Virus record (IMG/VR): IMGVR_UViG_3300025129_000005
Origin: a virus
Taxonomy: Duplodnaviria > Caudoviricetes
Direction: 5' to 3' (one strand)
DNA length: 64,000 nucleotides
Shown here one piece after another: positions 38,972 through 48,224 of the stretch. Position numbers and translations under genes: made by a program. How positions within the stretch are numbered: position 1 is the stretch's first letter; each line of letters begins with the position of its first letter. The notes below the pieces were generated by a model. The model saw only the letters and a program-made list of their open reading frames with translations, had not been told where the DNA came from and did not search any database.

Positions 38972-39249
38972 CAAATACCTAGTCGTGATAGATAAGAATC
39001 ATGAATCTCGTCACCACAAGAACCGACATCAGAGAGTTTAGTGATAATTAATTTTTCCCCATTAGGCTGACCCACATTCATACTAAGTTTATTTAATTTT
39101 GATTTACAAATGGTACATGTTACGCGATCAGTGACTTTTGTGAACCGATATCTAGGCGTCATCTCACGGTTACATAAAGTTTTGATTGATGTATGCTCGT
39201 CATACGTCCGTGGATCTATTTCTGAATAATGAACAACTCGTCTATCCAT
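38968..39249 (-). CDS. Hypothetical protein
   Basis: AAGGA RBS; TLC...VTCTIC motif. Confidence 0.55.
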   Translation of the reverse strand: MDRRVVHYSEIDPRTYDEHTSIKTLCNREMTPRYRFTKVTDRVTCTICKSKLNKLSMNVGQPNGEKLIITKLSDVGSCGDEIHDSYLSRLGIC

Positions 39250-39322
39250 ACAAATATCCTTTCGTTTGAGTTACTAATAACAGTATCATGGTATAAACAC
39301 AAAGTCAACACAAAAATAATCA

Positions 39323-39351
39323 TTGACTATAAAATTCATCAGGTGTATTAT
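39323..39351 (+). promoter_or_regulatory. sigma70-like early promoter
   Basis: TTGACT-N17-TATTAT, divergent from the minus-strand promoters. Confidence 0.7.
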
Positions 39352-39398
39352 GTGTATGTATCAAGGGCTTGCGTGACAAAACATAATAGGAGTTTTAG

Positions 39399-39698
39399 AT
39401 GAAAAATCCTTTAATCGCAAAGACAATAGCTGAGCAAATGGGTGGGTTTGGTTGTCTCAAATGTATGGTGGGTGCTTATAATTTCATCGATTGTGGCGCA
39501 GGAGTTTCGTTCCGATTCAAGGGTTCAAAAATTGCCAATTACATTAAAGTAACCCTCACCCCCCTTGATGAGTATGATGTTGAAATTGGTAAAGTTTTCG
39601 GTACTAAATACACCATTAAGAAAGAATGTAAGGGTATATATTTTGATCAACTTAAACCTGTATTTGAAAGCACCACAAAACTCTACCTCTCTCTTTAA
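39399..39698 (+). CDS. Conserved phage hypothetical protein
   Basis: AGGAG RBS; TIAEQMGG...MVGA...FRFKGSK.ANYIKVTL...DEY. Confidence 0.75.
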   Translation: MKNPLIAKTIAEQMGGFGCLKCMVGAYNFIDCGAGVSFRFKGSKIANYIKVTLTPLDEYDVEIGKVFGTKYTIKKECKGIYFDQLKPVFESTTKLYLSL

Positions 39699-40021
39699 AG
39701 TTCAGTTGTAATTATCCCTAACACAAGGAGTTTTTTATGTTTGAAGTATTGATGGTTTTAATGTTCCTCATTCTCCCCTTAACTCATATCATCCCAGAGG
39801 AAGGTCTCGTTTTGGTCAAAGTAAAGACCACACCAAATAAAAATTAAAGGGAGGTTGACATATACATTTTTTCATGTTAGACTAAGGTTATCCACCAAAG
39901 GGAAATATAATTATATATAAGGGTATATATGAATTTTAATTCATATATACCCTTTTTAGTATCATTAGTGCATTTTAGATAAATAAAAGAAACGATAAAA
40001 AAAAAACACAAAGGAGAAAAA

Positions 40022-40186
40022 ATGGAATTTGATATAAAAAAATTAACTGATAAAATAACTGATAAGATGATCACTTTTGGAAAAGATGCTCTTGATTGGT
40101 TGGATATTAAATCAGAAAAAATTCGTAGATCATATTTGATTATTGCAGTGGTAGTTTTGCTAGTTGCATTTGTTATTGCACTTTAA
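40022..40186 (+). CDS. Small membrane protein (54 aa, not in ORF track)
   Basis: AAGGAG RBS; C-terminal TM YLIIAVVVLLVAFVIAL. Confidence 0.55.
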   Translation: MEFDIKKLTDKITDKMITFGKDALDWLDIKSEKIRRSYLIIAVVVLLVAFVIAL

Positions 40187-40194
40187 TTATTTAA

Positions 40195-40225
40195 TTGAGA
40201 GGGCTTCTTAAAAAAGCCTTCTCAA
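40195..40225. terminator. Bidirectional hairpin terminator
   Basis: TTGAGAGGGCTT-N7-AAGCCTTCTCAA between convergent ORFs. Confidence 0.6.
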
Positions 40226-40232
40226 AGTTTTA

Positions 40233-40541
40233 TCAGTCATGACAAGATGTACATCCTTGATCCTCTTGTATTTTCATCTCTTCTGGCGTAAGGACTGTTA
40301 AAGGTCTTAATCTTCCGTCTGGCTCCATTGCGAACTTACTTTGATAATCCCCCCAATGGGTGTCGTTATACCCCCATGATTTCATTTTATCTTCATCAGT
40401 GAGATATGGGTTGGTCTGATCATTTATGATCCATCCATAGGTAGGTGATTTGGATATTTTTTCAAAAACACCTAAATGTTCCAATCCGATTATTAAGCAT
40501 ATAGCTAATAACATGTATATAGTGAATTTACCATATATCAT
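40233..40541 (-). CDS. Membrane-anchored protein with C-terminal CxxCH (putative c-type cytochrome)
   Basis: N-terminal hydrophobic helix; ends GCTSCHD. Confidence 0.5.
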   Translation of the reverse strand: MIYGKFTIYMLLAICLIIGLEHLGVFEKISKSPTYGWIINDQTNPYLTDEDKMKSWGYNDTHWGDYQSKFAMEPDGRLRPLTVLTPEEMKIQEDQGCTSCHD

Positions 40542-40563
40542 GATTCTTTCCCCGTAACATTTT

Positions 40564-41085
40564 TCAAAAGTTTTTGGCTAACTCCTCGTTATCAGTATCA
40601 CCCATGGCATGAAGAGTGGCGATAATTTTAGTCATGTTTTTATATACATAGTCATGGTTTGATTGGAAATTATCATAAGTTGATATGGATATTCCTAGTA
40701 TATTTTGCATAATGTGTCGTGGTATAGAAGTTATACCCAGAAACGTTTTATCTATATTAACAATAAAAGAAATTATATCTTCTTTTTGAACTTTACTGAA
40801 CTGTAATTTAATATCTTTTTCCAGCTGTAATAAAGGTTCTTTATCTAAGATGTCAGCGTGTACGGAATAATCCAGTATTAATTTCATTAAATGGAGAACA
40901 CCTTTACCAGCTTTACCTAATTGCTCTTGAAATGTTTTTGATTTACGGACTTTTATGCCCATCTTTTGACCGAGTTTTTGAAGTGAAGCTAAAAACTCAT
41001 CAGAAACTTCATTAATTTCATTAGTTAGATATATAAATCCTAATATATTAAATTCACGTTCGTTTAAATATTGCTGAAATTTCAT
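40564..41085 (-). CDS. Leader-bearing hypothetical protein, paralog of 45444-46052
   Basis: MKFQQYLNE; KEDIISFIVNIDK..LGITSIPRHI vs KEQVLDFLLKLDM..LHLVSGPLHL; late promoter 41118-41125. Confidence 0.65.
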   Translation of the reverse strand: MKFQQYLNEREFNILGFIYLTNEINEVSDEFLASLQKLGQKMGIKVRKSKTFQEQLGKAGKGVLHLMKLILDYSVHADILDKEPLLQLEKDIKLQFSKVQKEDIISFIVNIDKTFLGITSIPRHIMQNILGISISTYDNFQSNHDYVYKNMTKIIATLHAMGDTDNEELAKNF

Positions 41086-41131
41086 AAAAAATTAATATCC
41101 TTAATGTAATATAAACATATTTATATATTAT

Positions 41132-41359
41132 CTACAAATAATTCATTTTAATATCATTCACATATTTTTTGTAATCATGGATTATCTCAAGGCGACCTTC
41201 TTCGAGAATAAAGCCATCATCATCAACGATGCGGTGGTACTCATACGGGCTAAAGCGATAAATTTTAACCCATAGATTATCCTTGATTTTCTCTTTGTAT
41301 AAGAGACCGAATTCGTTTCCTAGCACTTCATGGACAGGTTCTTTTTTCATCATAGTCAA
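41132..41359 (-). CDS. Hypothetical protein
   Basis: GGGAG RBS, open frame. Confidence 0.55.
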   Translation of the reverse strand: MTMMKKEPVHEVLGNEFGLLYKEKIKDNLWVKIYRFSPYEYHRIVDDDGFILEEGRLEIIHDYKKYVNDIKMNYL

Positions 41360-41386
41360 TGTCTCCCTTCACTGACATTATACACA

Positions 41387-42307
41387 TTATACCCTCTTAC
41401 GTCTACGAATATTTACGGTATCTGACGTTTTTGGAATATTATTTTTTATAAAGTCTCTCAGGTCATCCCAATTCAACATTTCATTTTCGAAATCTTTACT
41501 TGATTTCATGGGTTTACCTGACTCCTTAACGTTTATATATTTAAAGCTTTTGATTATAAAGGTCTTATCTTTGCTGTATTTTCCTATTTGTTCTATTCTT
41601 TCTCCGGGTTGTTGTATGTACTTATTTTTACCCTTCATCGTCTCTTTGGTATCACCTGTTGTCATATACACGGTGTTTTTGTTACCACCAAGAATAATAT
41701 TTATATCACCATCTATATGAGTTCCTATAATGTTATATTTATGTCTTAATATATCCGTAACTGTATTTGCGGCTCCAGAATGAGTTTTTAGCATAATATC
41801 ATAAGGAACCCTTCTTTCCCGTGTTTTATTTTGTTCCACTGCTACATAGAAGTCTGTCAGCACCCATGTTAAATGAACATCTTTTGGTTTATATCCCACT
41901 TCTAATAATTGAGGTATAATTTCAGTTATATCATTTATATCTTTCAACGTTACATCAAACATTATATTAGGTAGATTATTTTTTGATGCGCCTGCTAGAA
42001 GTAATTCAAGAGTTTCGTCTTTCCACCCTTTATCTTTTACAAATTGATGTAATCTTTTAATGTCATCTGGATTACTCCAAACTGTATTAGCAATTTCAGG
42101 ATTTTCTTTCTTTAGCTTTGATATTTTAACTGCCATTTTTTTTAATTCATCCACATCTCTGACCTTAAACTTGTTTTTTTCCATGAAATTGGACGAGGAG
42201 AATCCCTTTCCGCTCCCGGCACCTCCAGCGAGAAAAACAATTTGACCGTATGACTTTCCCCCGCCAACGATAATTTGTTTTTCTGTAATATAACTTTCAA
42301 AACGCAT
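41387..42307 (-). CDS. P-loop kinase/ATPase (zeta-toxin/AAA_33-like) with capsid-targeting-like leader
   Basis: MRFESYITE; Walker A GGAGSGKG; MFDVT; RERRVP lid; late promoter 42344-42351. Confidence 0.7.
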   Translation of the reverse strand: MRFESYITEKQIIVGGGKSYGQIVFLAGGAGSGKGFSSSNFMEKNKFKVRDVDELKKMAVKISKLKKENPEIANTVWSNPDDIKRLHQFVKDKGWKDETLELLLAGASKNNLPNIMFDVTLKDINDITEIIPQLLEVGYKPKDVHLTWVLTDFYVAVEQNKTRERRVPYDIMLKTHSGAANTVTDILRHKYNIIGTHIDGDINIILGGNKNTVYMTTGDTKETMKGKNKYIQQPGERIEQIGKYSKDKTFIIKSFKYINVKESGKPMKSSKDFENEMLNWDDLRDFIKNNIPKTSDTVNIRRRKRV

Positions 42308-42355
42308 GATAAGACCCCTAATGTTATGATTGGTATTTAATGTTATTTATAAAAA

Positions 42356-42385
42356 AATAGGGGTGACCCGAAGACCACCCCTATT
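42356..42385 (-). terminator. Intrinsic terminator
   Basis: AATAGGGGTG-N10-CACCCCTATT with T tract on minus strand. Confidence 0.75.
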
Positions 42386-42408
42386 GTATTACATTATATT
42401 ATAATGTT

Positions 42409-43974
42409 TTATTTAAAAACTACGGTAGGATCTTGTTGAAAGGATCCTTCGCGGTTATGTCCATCACCAAAATCAGCGCCATCATAACATGCACCGGCAA
42501 TCCATACATGACCTGCTGATATACAGTCTGCCTTTGTGGTAAGGACACTGTGATCAGAATCGGCAATACATGTACGAAGACCTGAATTCCAACGGTGACC
42601 GTATTGTTTACATGTCAACTCTGCGTATTGGAGAGCGGATGACGTGGTATTATAGTTAAAATTAACAAGACTAAAATTACCCGGCGTACTTGCATCAATA
42701 CACTCCGAACCAGCAACTGCTTTAGGCTCCCAATGATTACCTGATGCTATACATTCATCACGTTTGATTTGGGTGGATGATTGAGTCAAAGCATTAACTT
42801 CTGCCGCAGTATACTTTGTGCAACCAGTTCCACCATCAAATTTATATCCAACAGGGCAGTCGTCGTCGGATGCCGCGACTAGGGTGCAAACACCGCCACC
42901 CGAAACATACTCATTAACAGTCAGACCTGAAATTGCATTACATCCGGCTTGGTCATCGGTTGATCCAAGAGCAACAGGGTCAAATGTAACAGGGAGATCT
43001 TGACAATATCCATAATCACCTTGATTAGCATCACCTGTGTTGTTTGTTCCCGGATTCCAGAAAAATCCGTTTGCCTGACAGCGTGATTTGTCCACGATAT
43101 CTTCTGCGCGAACGGTATTTCCAACTACATATCCATTTTTATCGACAATTGTTGGTTCTGCGTATACAGTAACATTCCCGTTTACAATAGCAACCGTTTT
43201 TTTCTGAACAGACAATTGAGCCATATCAGGTTTTCTGACGGTTTTGATTGTAGGAGTATTATCTGTGGTATAAGGTGGAATTGTATATGATCCACTAGGA
43301 GTATATGAAGATGTTGTGTTGGGTGACAAATCTGCGTTTGTATATTCCGTAACTACCCCACCCAATTCATATAGATTATGATTAACATAATCTGTGGACG
43401 GAATTCCAACTTCACCTGTTCCTATATACGAGATTGTTTCAGTATCACCATCAACATAATTGATACCGGCATTAACAACGGTAAATCCAGAAACCACTCC
43501 AGCGTTCGCTGTTACTGTACCAGTAAGACCGGTACCAACAAGATCCGATTCAAGTTCATTAACAGAAATGATATCTCCTGTTAACCAACCAGTTCCACCA
43601 TCAGTAACAGTAACTGTATTAACCGCACCAGTGACAGATGATACGGTACTGTCGATAGTTCCTGTGTCTGCATCAGAAAAATCCAAAGATTCTGCGAGAG
43701 TGATTGAATCTCCTACAGCATATCCAATACCTTTTGTTACGATACTCAGTGTTGGGACAAGACCTGCGGTAACTTCCAGAGATACAGTACAGCCAGTACC
43801 ACCACCATCGGTTGTTGTTGCATAACCTAAACCACTATTATCATAAACACCTTCTACAAGTACTCCGCCAGCATTATCAACGGTTGCGCCTAAGCTAGTT
43901 GGTTCACCAACGATAGTGGTGATTGTAAACACAAAAGGTGTTACGGGACGATTTGATTGTTGACCTAAAGACAT
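42409..43974 (-). CDS. Putative virion surface protein with Gly/Thr beta repeats and Cys-paired C-terminal repeats
   Basis: Repeated VxxxGxGYxxGD.I units; 12 Cys in the C-terminal part; late promoter 44029-44036. Confidence 0.6.
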   Translation of the reverse strand: MSLGQQSNRPVTPFVFTITTIVGEPTSLGATVDNAGGVLVEGVYDNSGLGYATTTDGGGTGCTVSLEVTAGLVPTLSIVTKGIGYAVGDSITLAESLDFSDADTGTIDSTVSSVTGAVNTVTVTDGGTGWLTGDIISVNELESDLVGTGLTGTVTANAGVVSGFTVVNAGINYVDGDTETISYIGTGEVGIPSTDYVNHNLYELGGVVTEYTNADLSPNTTSSYTPSGSYTIPPYTTDNTPTIKTVRKPDMAQLSVQKKTVAIVNGNVTVYAEPTIVDKNGYVVGNTVRAEDIVDKSRCQANGFFWNPGTNNTGDANQGDYGYCQDLPVTFDPVALGSTDDQAGCNAISGLTVNEYVSGGGVCTLVAASDDDCPVGYKFDGGTGCTKYTAAEVNALTQSSTQIKRDECIASGNHWEPKAVAGSECIDASTPGNFSLVNFNYNTTSSALQYAELTCKQYGHRWNSGLRTCIADSDHSVLTTKADCISAGHVWIAGACYDGADFGDGHNREGSFQQDPTVVFK

Positions 43975-44060
43975 AATATTTCCTCCATATTATATTAATA
44001 TTATTTTTACCCAAAAGGGTCTTATTTTTATTTATAAAAATATGAATATATTTTTTATAA

Positions 44061-44324
44061 TTAGAGGGAGATTATATGGGATAACTTCATGTTAACATTG
44101 ACTTTTTCAGCATCTATACCTAACTCATCAATAATATAAAATGCTATTAGACCGGGTAAATGTATGCTAGGATTACCTACATACATTTTATAAACTTCTT
44201 CTAAGGTGGAGTTTTCAGAGACCATCGCAATTTGTTCTGATAGAGTAATAAGGGGAGTTTCCATATCAAGAGTGTTGTATGTCACTCCCCAATTATTTTT
44301 TATGATTTTTAATAATTTTTTCAT
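44061..44324 (-). CDS. Hypothetical protein
   Basis: Open frame between terminator and promoter. Confidence 0.5.
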   Translation of the reverse strand: MKKLLKIIKNNWGVTYNTLDMETPLITLSEQIAMVSENSTLEEVYKMYVGNPSIHLPGLIAFYIIDELGIDAEKVNVNMKLSHIISL

Positions 44325-44341
44325 GTATTACATTATATTAT

Positions 44342-44390
44342 AATTAAATGCCCCTGTAAACAGAACTCATGTAAACAGGGGCATTTAATT
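44342..44390 (-). terminator. Hairpin terminator
   Basis: AATTAAATGCCCCTGT ... ACAGGGGCATTTAATT 16-bp inverted repeat. Confidence 0.7.
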
Positions 44391-44624
44391 TTATCGAGGT
44401 GCTACGGTTGATACTGCGACACTACCACTTTTCACGGGTTTTGATTTACTTTTTACAGACTCTTCTGAATCATCATCATCACTTTTCTTTTTCTTTTTAT
44501 TGATGATGTTATTACGTGTCTGTAATTTAGCAACATCCCCGGTAGTTGTTCCGGTTGAAATTCCTGTAGGTGTACCAGATATTTCTTCCCCTATGTATGT
44601 ACTAATCCTTTCCAATATATCCAT
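44391..44624 (-). CDS. Small leader-bearing protein
   Basis: MDILERISTYIGE|E; low-complexity tail. Confidence 0.55.
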   Translation of the reverse strand: MDILERISTYIGEEISGTPTGISTGTTTGDVAKLQTRNNIINKKKKKSDDDDSEESVKSKSKPVKSGSVAVSTVAPR

Positions 44625-44633
44625 GATATCCTC

Positions 44634-45434
44634 TTATGGTAGTGCCGGTATAGGATTAACAATCACAGGATCAACCACAACAGGATCAACCACAACAGGA
44701 TTAACGACTGTTGGTGTTGCTGTTTGATTTTCATAATCGTTACGATTATCGCTGTTATTGCTGTTATCACTGTTATCAGACAAATCATTTCCTTGATTGC
44801 TGTTATTACTGTTATCAGACAAATCATTTCCTTGATTGCTGTTATTACTGTTATCAGACAAATCATTTCCTTGATTGCTGTTATCACTTTGATTATTATA
44901 GCTATCAGCAATAGGAGATGTAGATGTCGTTGCTACACCATTAACACCATTGTTAACCGCTTGATCTCCTCCAGCAGTGTATACAGTAGATCTGGTTCCC
45001 ATAGCTCCTGTAACCCTATCCACAGCAAACCCCATTAAAGTGAATCGTGCTATATCTTTTACGACACCAAATCCCTCTTTTACCACAGAAGACTCTACAG
45101 GGGAATATCCATTTGTGGATGCTATAGCATGTAAGCCTGTTATTTCTGCGGTTTTGTCTGCTTTGTTGATAATTCCTTGACCGATAAATACTGTTTTTAA
45201 TTTACCTTCATCATCGGTTTCTACAAGAAAACCTGCACTTGAGTATTTACCATCGAGTTGTGATGGTTGTGGTTTTGGTGCGGCGGCTTTTGCTTCTTCG
45301 ATTGCTTGTATCGCCTCTATTCTTTTTTGGTCAAATTCTATTTTTTTCATCTGAACATCATTGAAATTCGTACCACATCCAACTAATAAAAAGATCATGA
45401 TAAAGCTTATTACATATTTGATATAATTCATCAT
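44634..45434 (-). CDS. Lipoprotein with Asn-rich tandem repeats
   Basis: Signal peptide II ending LLVG-C20; SDNSNNSNQGNDL repeats; VVVDP repeats. Confidence 0.7.
   Translation of the reverse strand: MMNYIKYVISFIMIFLLVGCGTNFNDVQMKKIEFDQKRIEAIQAIEEAKAAAPKPQPSQLDGKYSSAGFLVETDDEGKLKTVFIGQGIINKADKTAEITGLHAIASTNGYSPVESSVVKEGFGVVKDIARFTLMGFAVDRVTGAMGTRSTVYTAGGDQAVNNGVNGVATTSTSPIADSYNNQSDNSNQGNDLSDNSNNSNQGNDLSDNSNNSNQGNDLSDNSDNSNNSDNRNDYENQTATPTVVNPVVVDPVVVDPVIVNPIPALP
44772..44888. repeat. 39-bp coding tandem repeat x3
   Basis: GTTATCAGACAAATCATTTCCTTGATTGCTGTTAT(T/C)ACT at 44772, 44811 and 44850. Confidence 0.9.
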
Positions 45435-45443
45435 TTCACTCCT

Positions 45444-46052
45444 TTATATAGATTTAATTACTGACTGCAAATCATCAAGACCGAATAATCTTGCTATGCC
45501 ATGCATCAATTGCTTTAATTTATTCTTAACTTCATCGCCTGCCTCTTTTGCCGCATCTGTTAGGTTGGTTATGGCATTTTTAGCTTTAGTTAACATATCT
45601 TCACTTTTGGTTTTTATGTGTGCCCATATATGCCATCCAGTAACAGCGTCTATGAGATGTAAGGGTCCCGATACTAGATGAAGGGTTGCCATATCAAGTT
45701 TTAGAAGAAAATCCAAAACCTGTTCTTTTGTTATTTGGGTGTTGGCTAATTCTTTCATTCGAACTTTTGAATCTTCATTACCAGCAGCAGCCCGAAGTGT
45801 GTGCCAGATAAATTCTGCCATTAACTTTCCAGATTTGAGTGCGACCTGAATAAGACCGTCACCTGATTTATGTGCCCCTCCACCTATACTTTTAAGTAAG
45901 GCACCAGCCCCTTTTTTAAGGGTATTGAGATCGAATGCCTCGTTCATATTCGCGCTATCATCAAGTATCATTGATATTTCTAATACAATCTCCATGTCTC
46001 TATATTCCTCATGGGTGTATAGTCTCTGATTAATTTTGTTTAAAATATCCAT
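45444..46052 (-). CDS. Hypothetical helical protein, paralog of 40564-41085
   Basis: MDILNKI leader type; similarity noted above. Confidence 0.65.
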   Translation of the reverse strand: MDILNKINQRLYTHEEYRDMEIVLEISMILDDSANMNEAFDLNTLKKGAGALLKSIGGGAHKSGDGLIQVALKSGKLMAEFIWHTLRAAAGNEDSKVRMKELANTQITKEQVLDFLLKLDMATLHLVSGPLHLIDAVTGWHIWAHIKTKSEDMLTKAKNAITNLTDAAKEAGDEVKNKLKQLMHGIARLFGLDDLQSVIKSI

Positions 46053-46119
46053 TAATTATAATCTCCTTCTACTGTATTAATATAACTATCAATCAGGATT
46101 ATATGACATCATTTACATG

Positions 46120-46572
46120 TCAGATTCCTGATTTATCTTCGTACATCTTCCATTTACTTTGTTCTTTTTTGGGAATGCGCTCATACGTTTCTTCTGGGGT
46201 CAGCCATTTTATTGAGTTTTTACTGGTTAATTCGATAGTGTCCTTCCAAGGATTTACAATATAAATATCTTTTCCATTTTTATCAGCATATTCACATTCA
46301 CGCCATGTACCATTACCCATTTTACCGTCTTTAAATGTCATAGCACATACATGTTCAACTGTATCAATAACTTTAAAGAATATATCAAACCCCATATCAT
46401 CAACTCGACCTTGTATCCAGTTAACATTGGGATTAACAATAATAAATTCTGGAAATTTTTCTGTTATGATGTTGATGGATTTTTTTTCTTCTGGTTTGTC
46501 ATAAAATGCACGTGGATGTGCAAAATATATTTTACGGCGGTTAGCCTCGGTTAAATAGTTGCTAAACTTCAT
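46120..46572 (-). CDS. Nucleoside 2-deoxyribosyltransferase-like protein with capsid-targeting-like leader
   Basis: MKFSNYLTE; IYFAHP, VNPN, GNGTWRECEYA..NGKDIY. Confidence 0.55.
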   Translation of the reverse strand: MKFSNYLTEANRRKIYFAHPRAFYDKPEEKKSINIITEKFPEFIIVNPNVNWIQGRVDDMGFDIFFKVIDTVEHVCAMTFKDGKMGNGTWRECEYADKNGKDIYIVNPWKDTIELTSKNSIKWLTPEETYERIPKKEQSKWKMYEDKSGI

Positions 46573-46581
46573 AATATCCTC

Positions 46582-47274
46582 TCATATTAGGTGTAAGTCT
46601 CCCTTATCGTCGATCCATAACGTATAGAAACTAATAGGTGGTATTTTTTCTGTTGTTATATCCAAATTGTATTTATTTATAACCTTATCTTCTATGTCCT
46701 TGGAAAGATTCTTTTCTATATCCTTCAATGCTTTAAGGTTAGGTTTGTGATCATCTATTAATCGAACACGTCTGAATTCCCCGGTTTTTATATACCTTAA
46801 CATGACATTTTTTTTAACACCATCAATCGTTTTTCCGGGCTTCCACTCATCACCTGACATTTCAACGTCAACAATCTTACCATCGATATTGACACCATTT
46901 TGAATAAACGTTTTCTTAAATTCATCCATATCATTAAATGATGCTCTTGCTGTGAGAAAAATAATCTTACTACCAGAGTCCATTTCTTTGATTTTAGCAA
47001 TCATATTTCTAATTCTGGTGAATGTTTTTGGTATAGGTATACTCGTTTCCCTAAATATCTTAGCACTACGAAATTGATGAAAGTCGTACTCTTCACCATC
47101 TTTTAATTTATAGCTATTATATTCTGTATTGGTTAACTCCCGTACAACTTTACCGTTCTTTTTTACTAATACTTTAGCAAAGGTCTTGAATATAGTTTCG
47201 TCGATATCAACAAAGGTAATACCTTTACCATAACGTTCACGTGAAAATTCATTTAAATATCTATCAAACCTCAT
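46582..47274 (-). CDS. HAD-superfamily phosphatase with capsid-targeting-like leader
   Basis: MRFDRYLNE; FVDIDETI, FLTAR, K, LIDD motifs. Confidence 0.75.
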   Translation of the reverse strand: MRFDRYLNEFSRERYGKGITFVDIDETIFKTFAKVLVKKNGKVVRELTNTEYNSYKLKDGEEYDFHQFRSAKIFRETSIPIPKTFTRIRNMIAKIKEMDSGSKIIFLTARASFNDMDEFKKTFIQNGVNIDGKIVDVEMSGDEWKPGKTIDGVKKNVMLRYIKTGEFRRVRLIDDHKPNLKALKDIEKNLSKDIEDKVINKYNLDITTEKIPPISFYTLWIDDKGDLHLI

Positions 47275-47642
47275 TTATATAACTTTCCTTTGTTTATTAA
47301 GTCGTTATATTTTTCTTTACCATAATAATTGTATAGAACCATATGTACATATTCATGACCTGTTACTTCAAAGTCTAGTAAGCTATGCACTATAATTGTT
47401 TGTCTATTATCAACACCAGAAAAGAAAAAATATCCAGTATTAATGAAATCTTTTCTTACTATTAGTCTATGCTCGGGTATTATTATCTCAAAATTAATTG
47501 GGGTATTTGACCCAAACTGTTCAATTCTTTGTTTATATAAAGGATCTCCTTTTCTAATATCCAGAGGTGTTGGATTAGATACATCACAACTCGGTATTAA
47601 TATAAAGAGTAATACACTAATTATTGATATTATATATTTCAT
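47271..47642 (-). CDS. Putative lipoprotein with HExxH motif
   Basis: Hydrophobic N-terminus ending ILIPS-C; GHEYVH. Confidence 0.5.
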   Translation of the reverse strand: MKYIISIISVLLFILIPSCDVSNPTPLDIRKGDPLYKQRIEQFGSNTPINFEIIIPEHRLIVRKDFINTGYFFFSGVDNRQTIIVHSLLDFEVTGHEYVHMVLYNYYGKEKYNDLINKGKLYK

Positions 47643-48136
47643 TATGCCTCTAAAGCGTAACTCTCTAGTACCTTTTCCCCTGCTATATAATTTCTTGATG
47701 CTGATATTACCGAATCAGCCCCTATATCAGGTTTACGACCGACTACAGGGCATGATTGTCCATCAGTAACTGTCAAATTACTATCAACTGTTATATCATA
47801 CACGCCTGTTTTGTTGTTTCTGTATATTGAAGTTACTGTTGCAACATTAGAGCCGTCAGTGATAACAAATCGACCTATACCAGTAAAACCGGTGTCCATT
47901 CTGGTATCAAAATTCACAAAATTTGCAGTGAATGTTGTTCCTGCTATAACACCCGTATCAACTCTTAGAAATAATCCTGAGTTTTTCCATTCAGTGTTGT
48001 CTATTGATACTATACCTACACCTAATCCATCATAGTCCAACGAATCAAGTTTAGTGTTTAATGTTATAGGGATAGATGTAATGAATGGTTCTGTGTATCC
48101 CGTTCCTTGATAACCGTTTTTTCCTAAGTCGGCCAT
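47642..48136 (-). CDS. Hypothetical late (structural) protein
   Basis: Late promoter 48175-48182; GGAGG RBS; beta-rich. Confidence 0.65.
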   Translation of the reverse strand: MADLGKNGYQGTGYTEPFITSIPITLNTKLDSLDYDGLGVGIVSIDNTEWKNSGLFLRVDTGVIAGTTFTANFVNFDTRMDTGFTGIGRFVITDGSNVATVTSIYRNNKTGVYDITVDSNLTVTDGQSCPVVGRKPDIGADSVISASRNYIAGEKVLESYALEA

Positions 48137-48224
48137 ATTATAAAATCCTCCGTTTAATATATAATGTTCATATGTATTTATAAAAACATAAATACACTTA
48201 ACTGGTAGAGTGAGGAGTTAATAT

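Noticed and set aside
40538-40566. TGA at 40564 as another recoded codon
   Set aside because: No downstream hairpin and only 11 further codons; a one-base slip in the A run or a true stop explains it better.
44772-44888. 39-bp repeats as a mini CRISPR array
   Set aside because: Head-to-tail with no spacers, in frame within a lipoprotein, and no cas genes.
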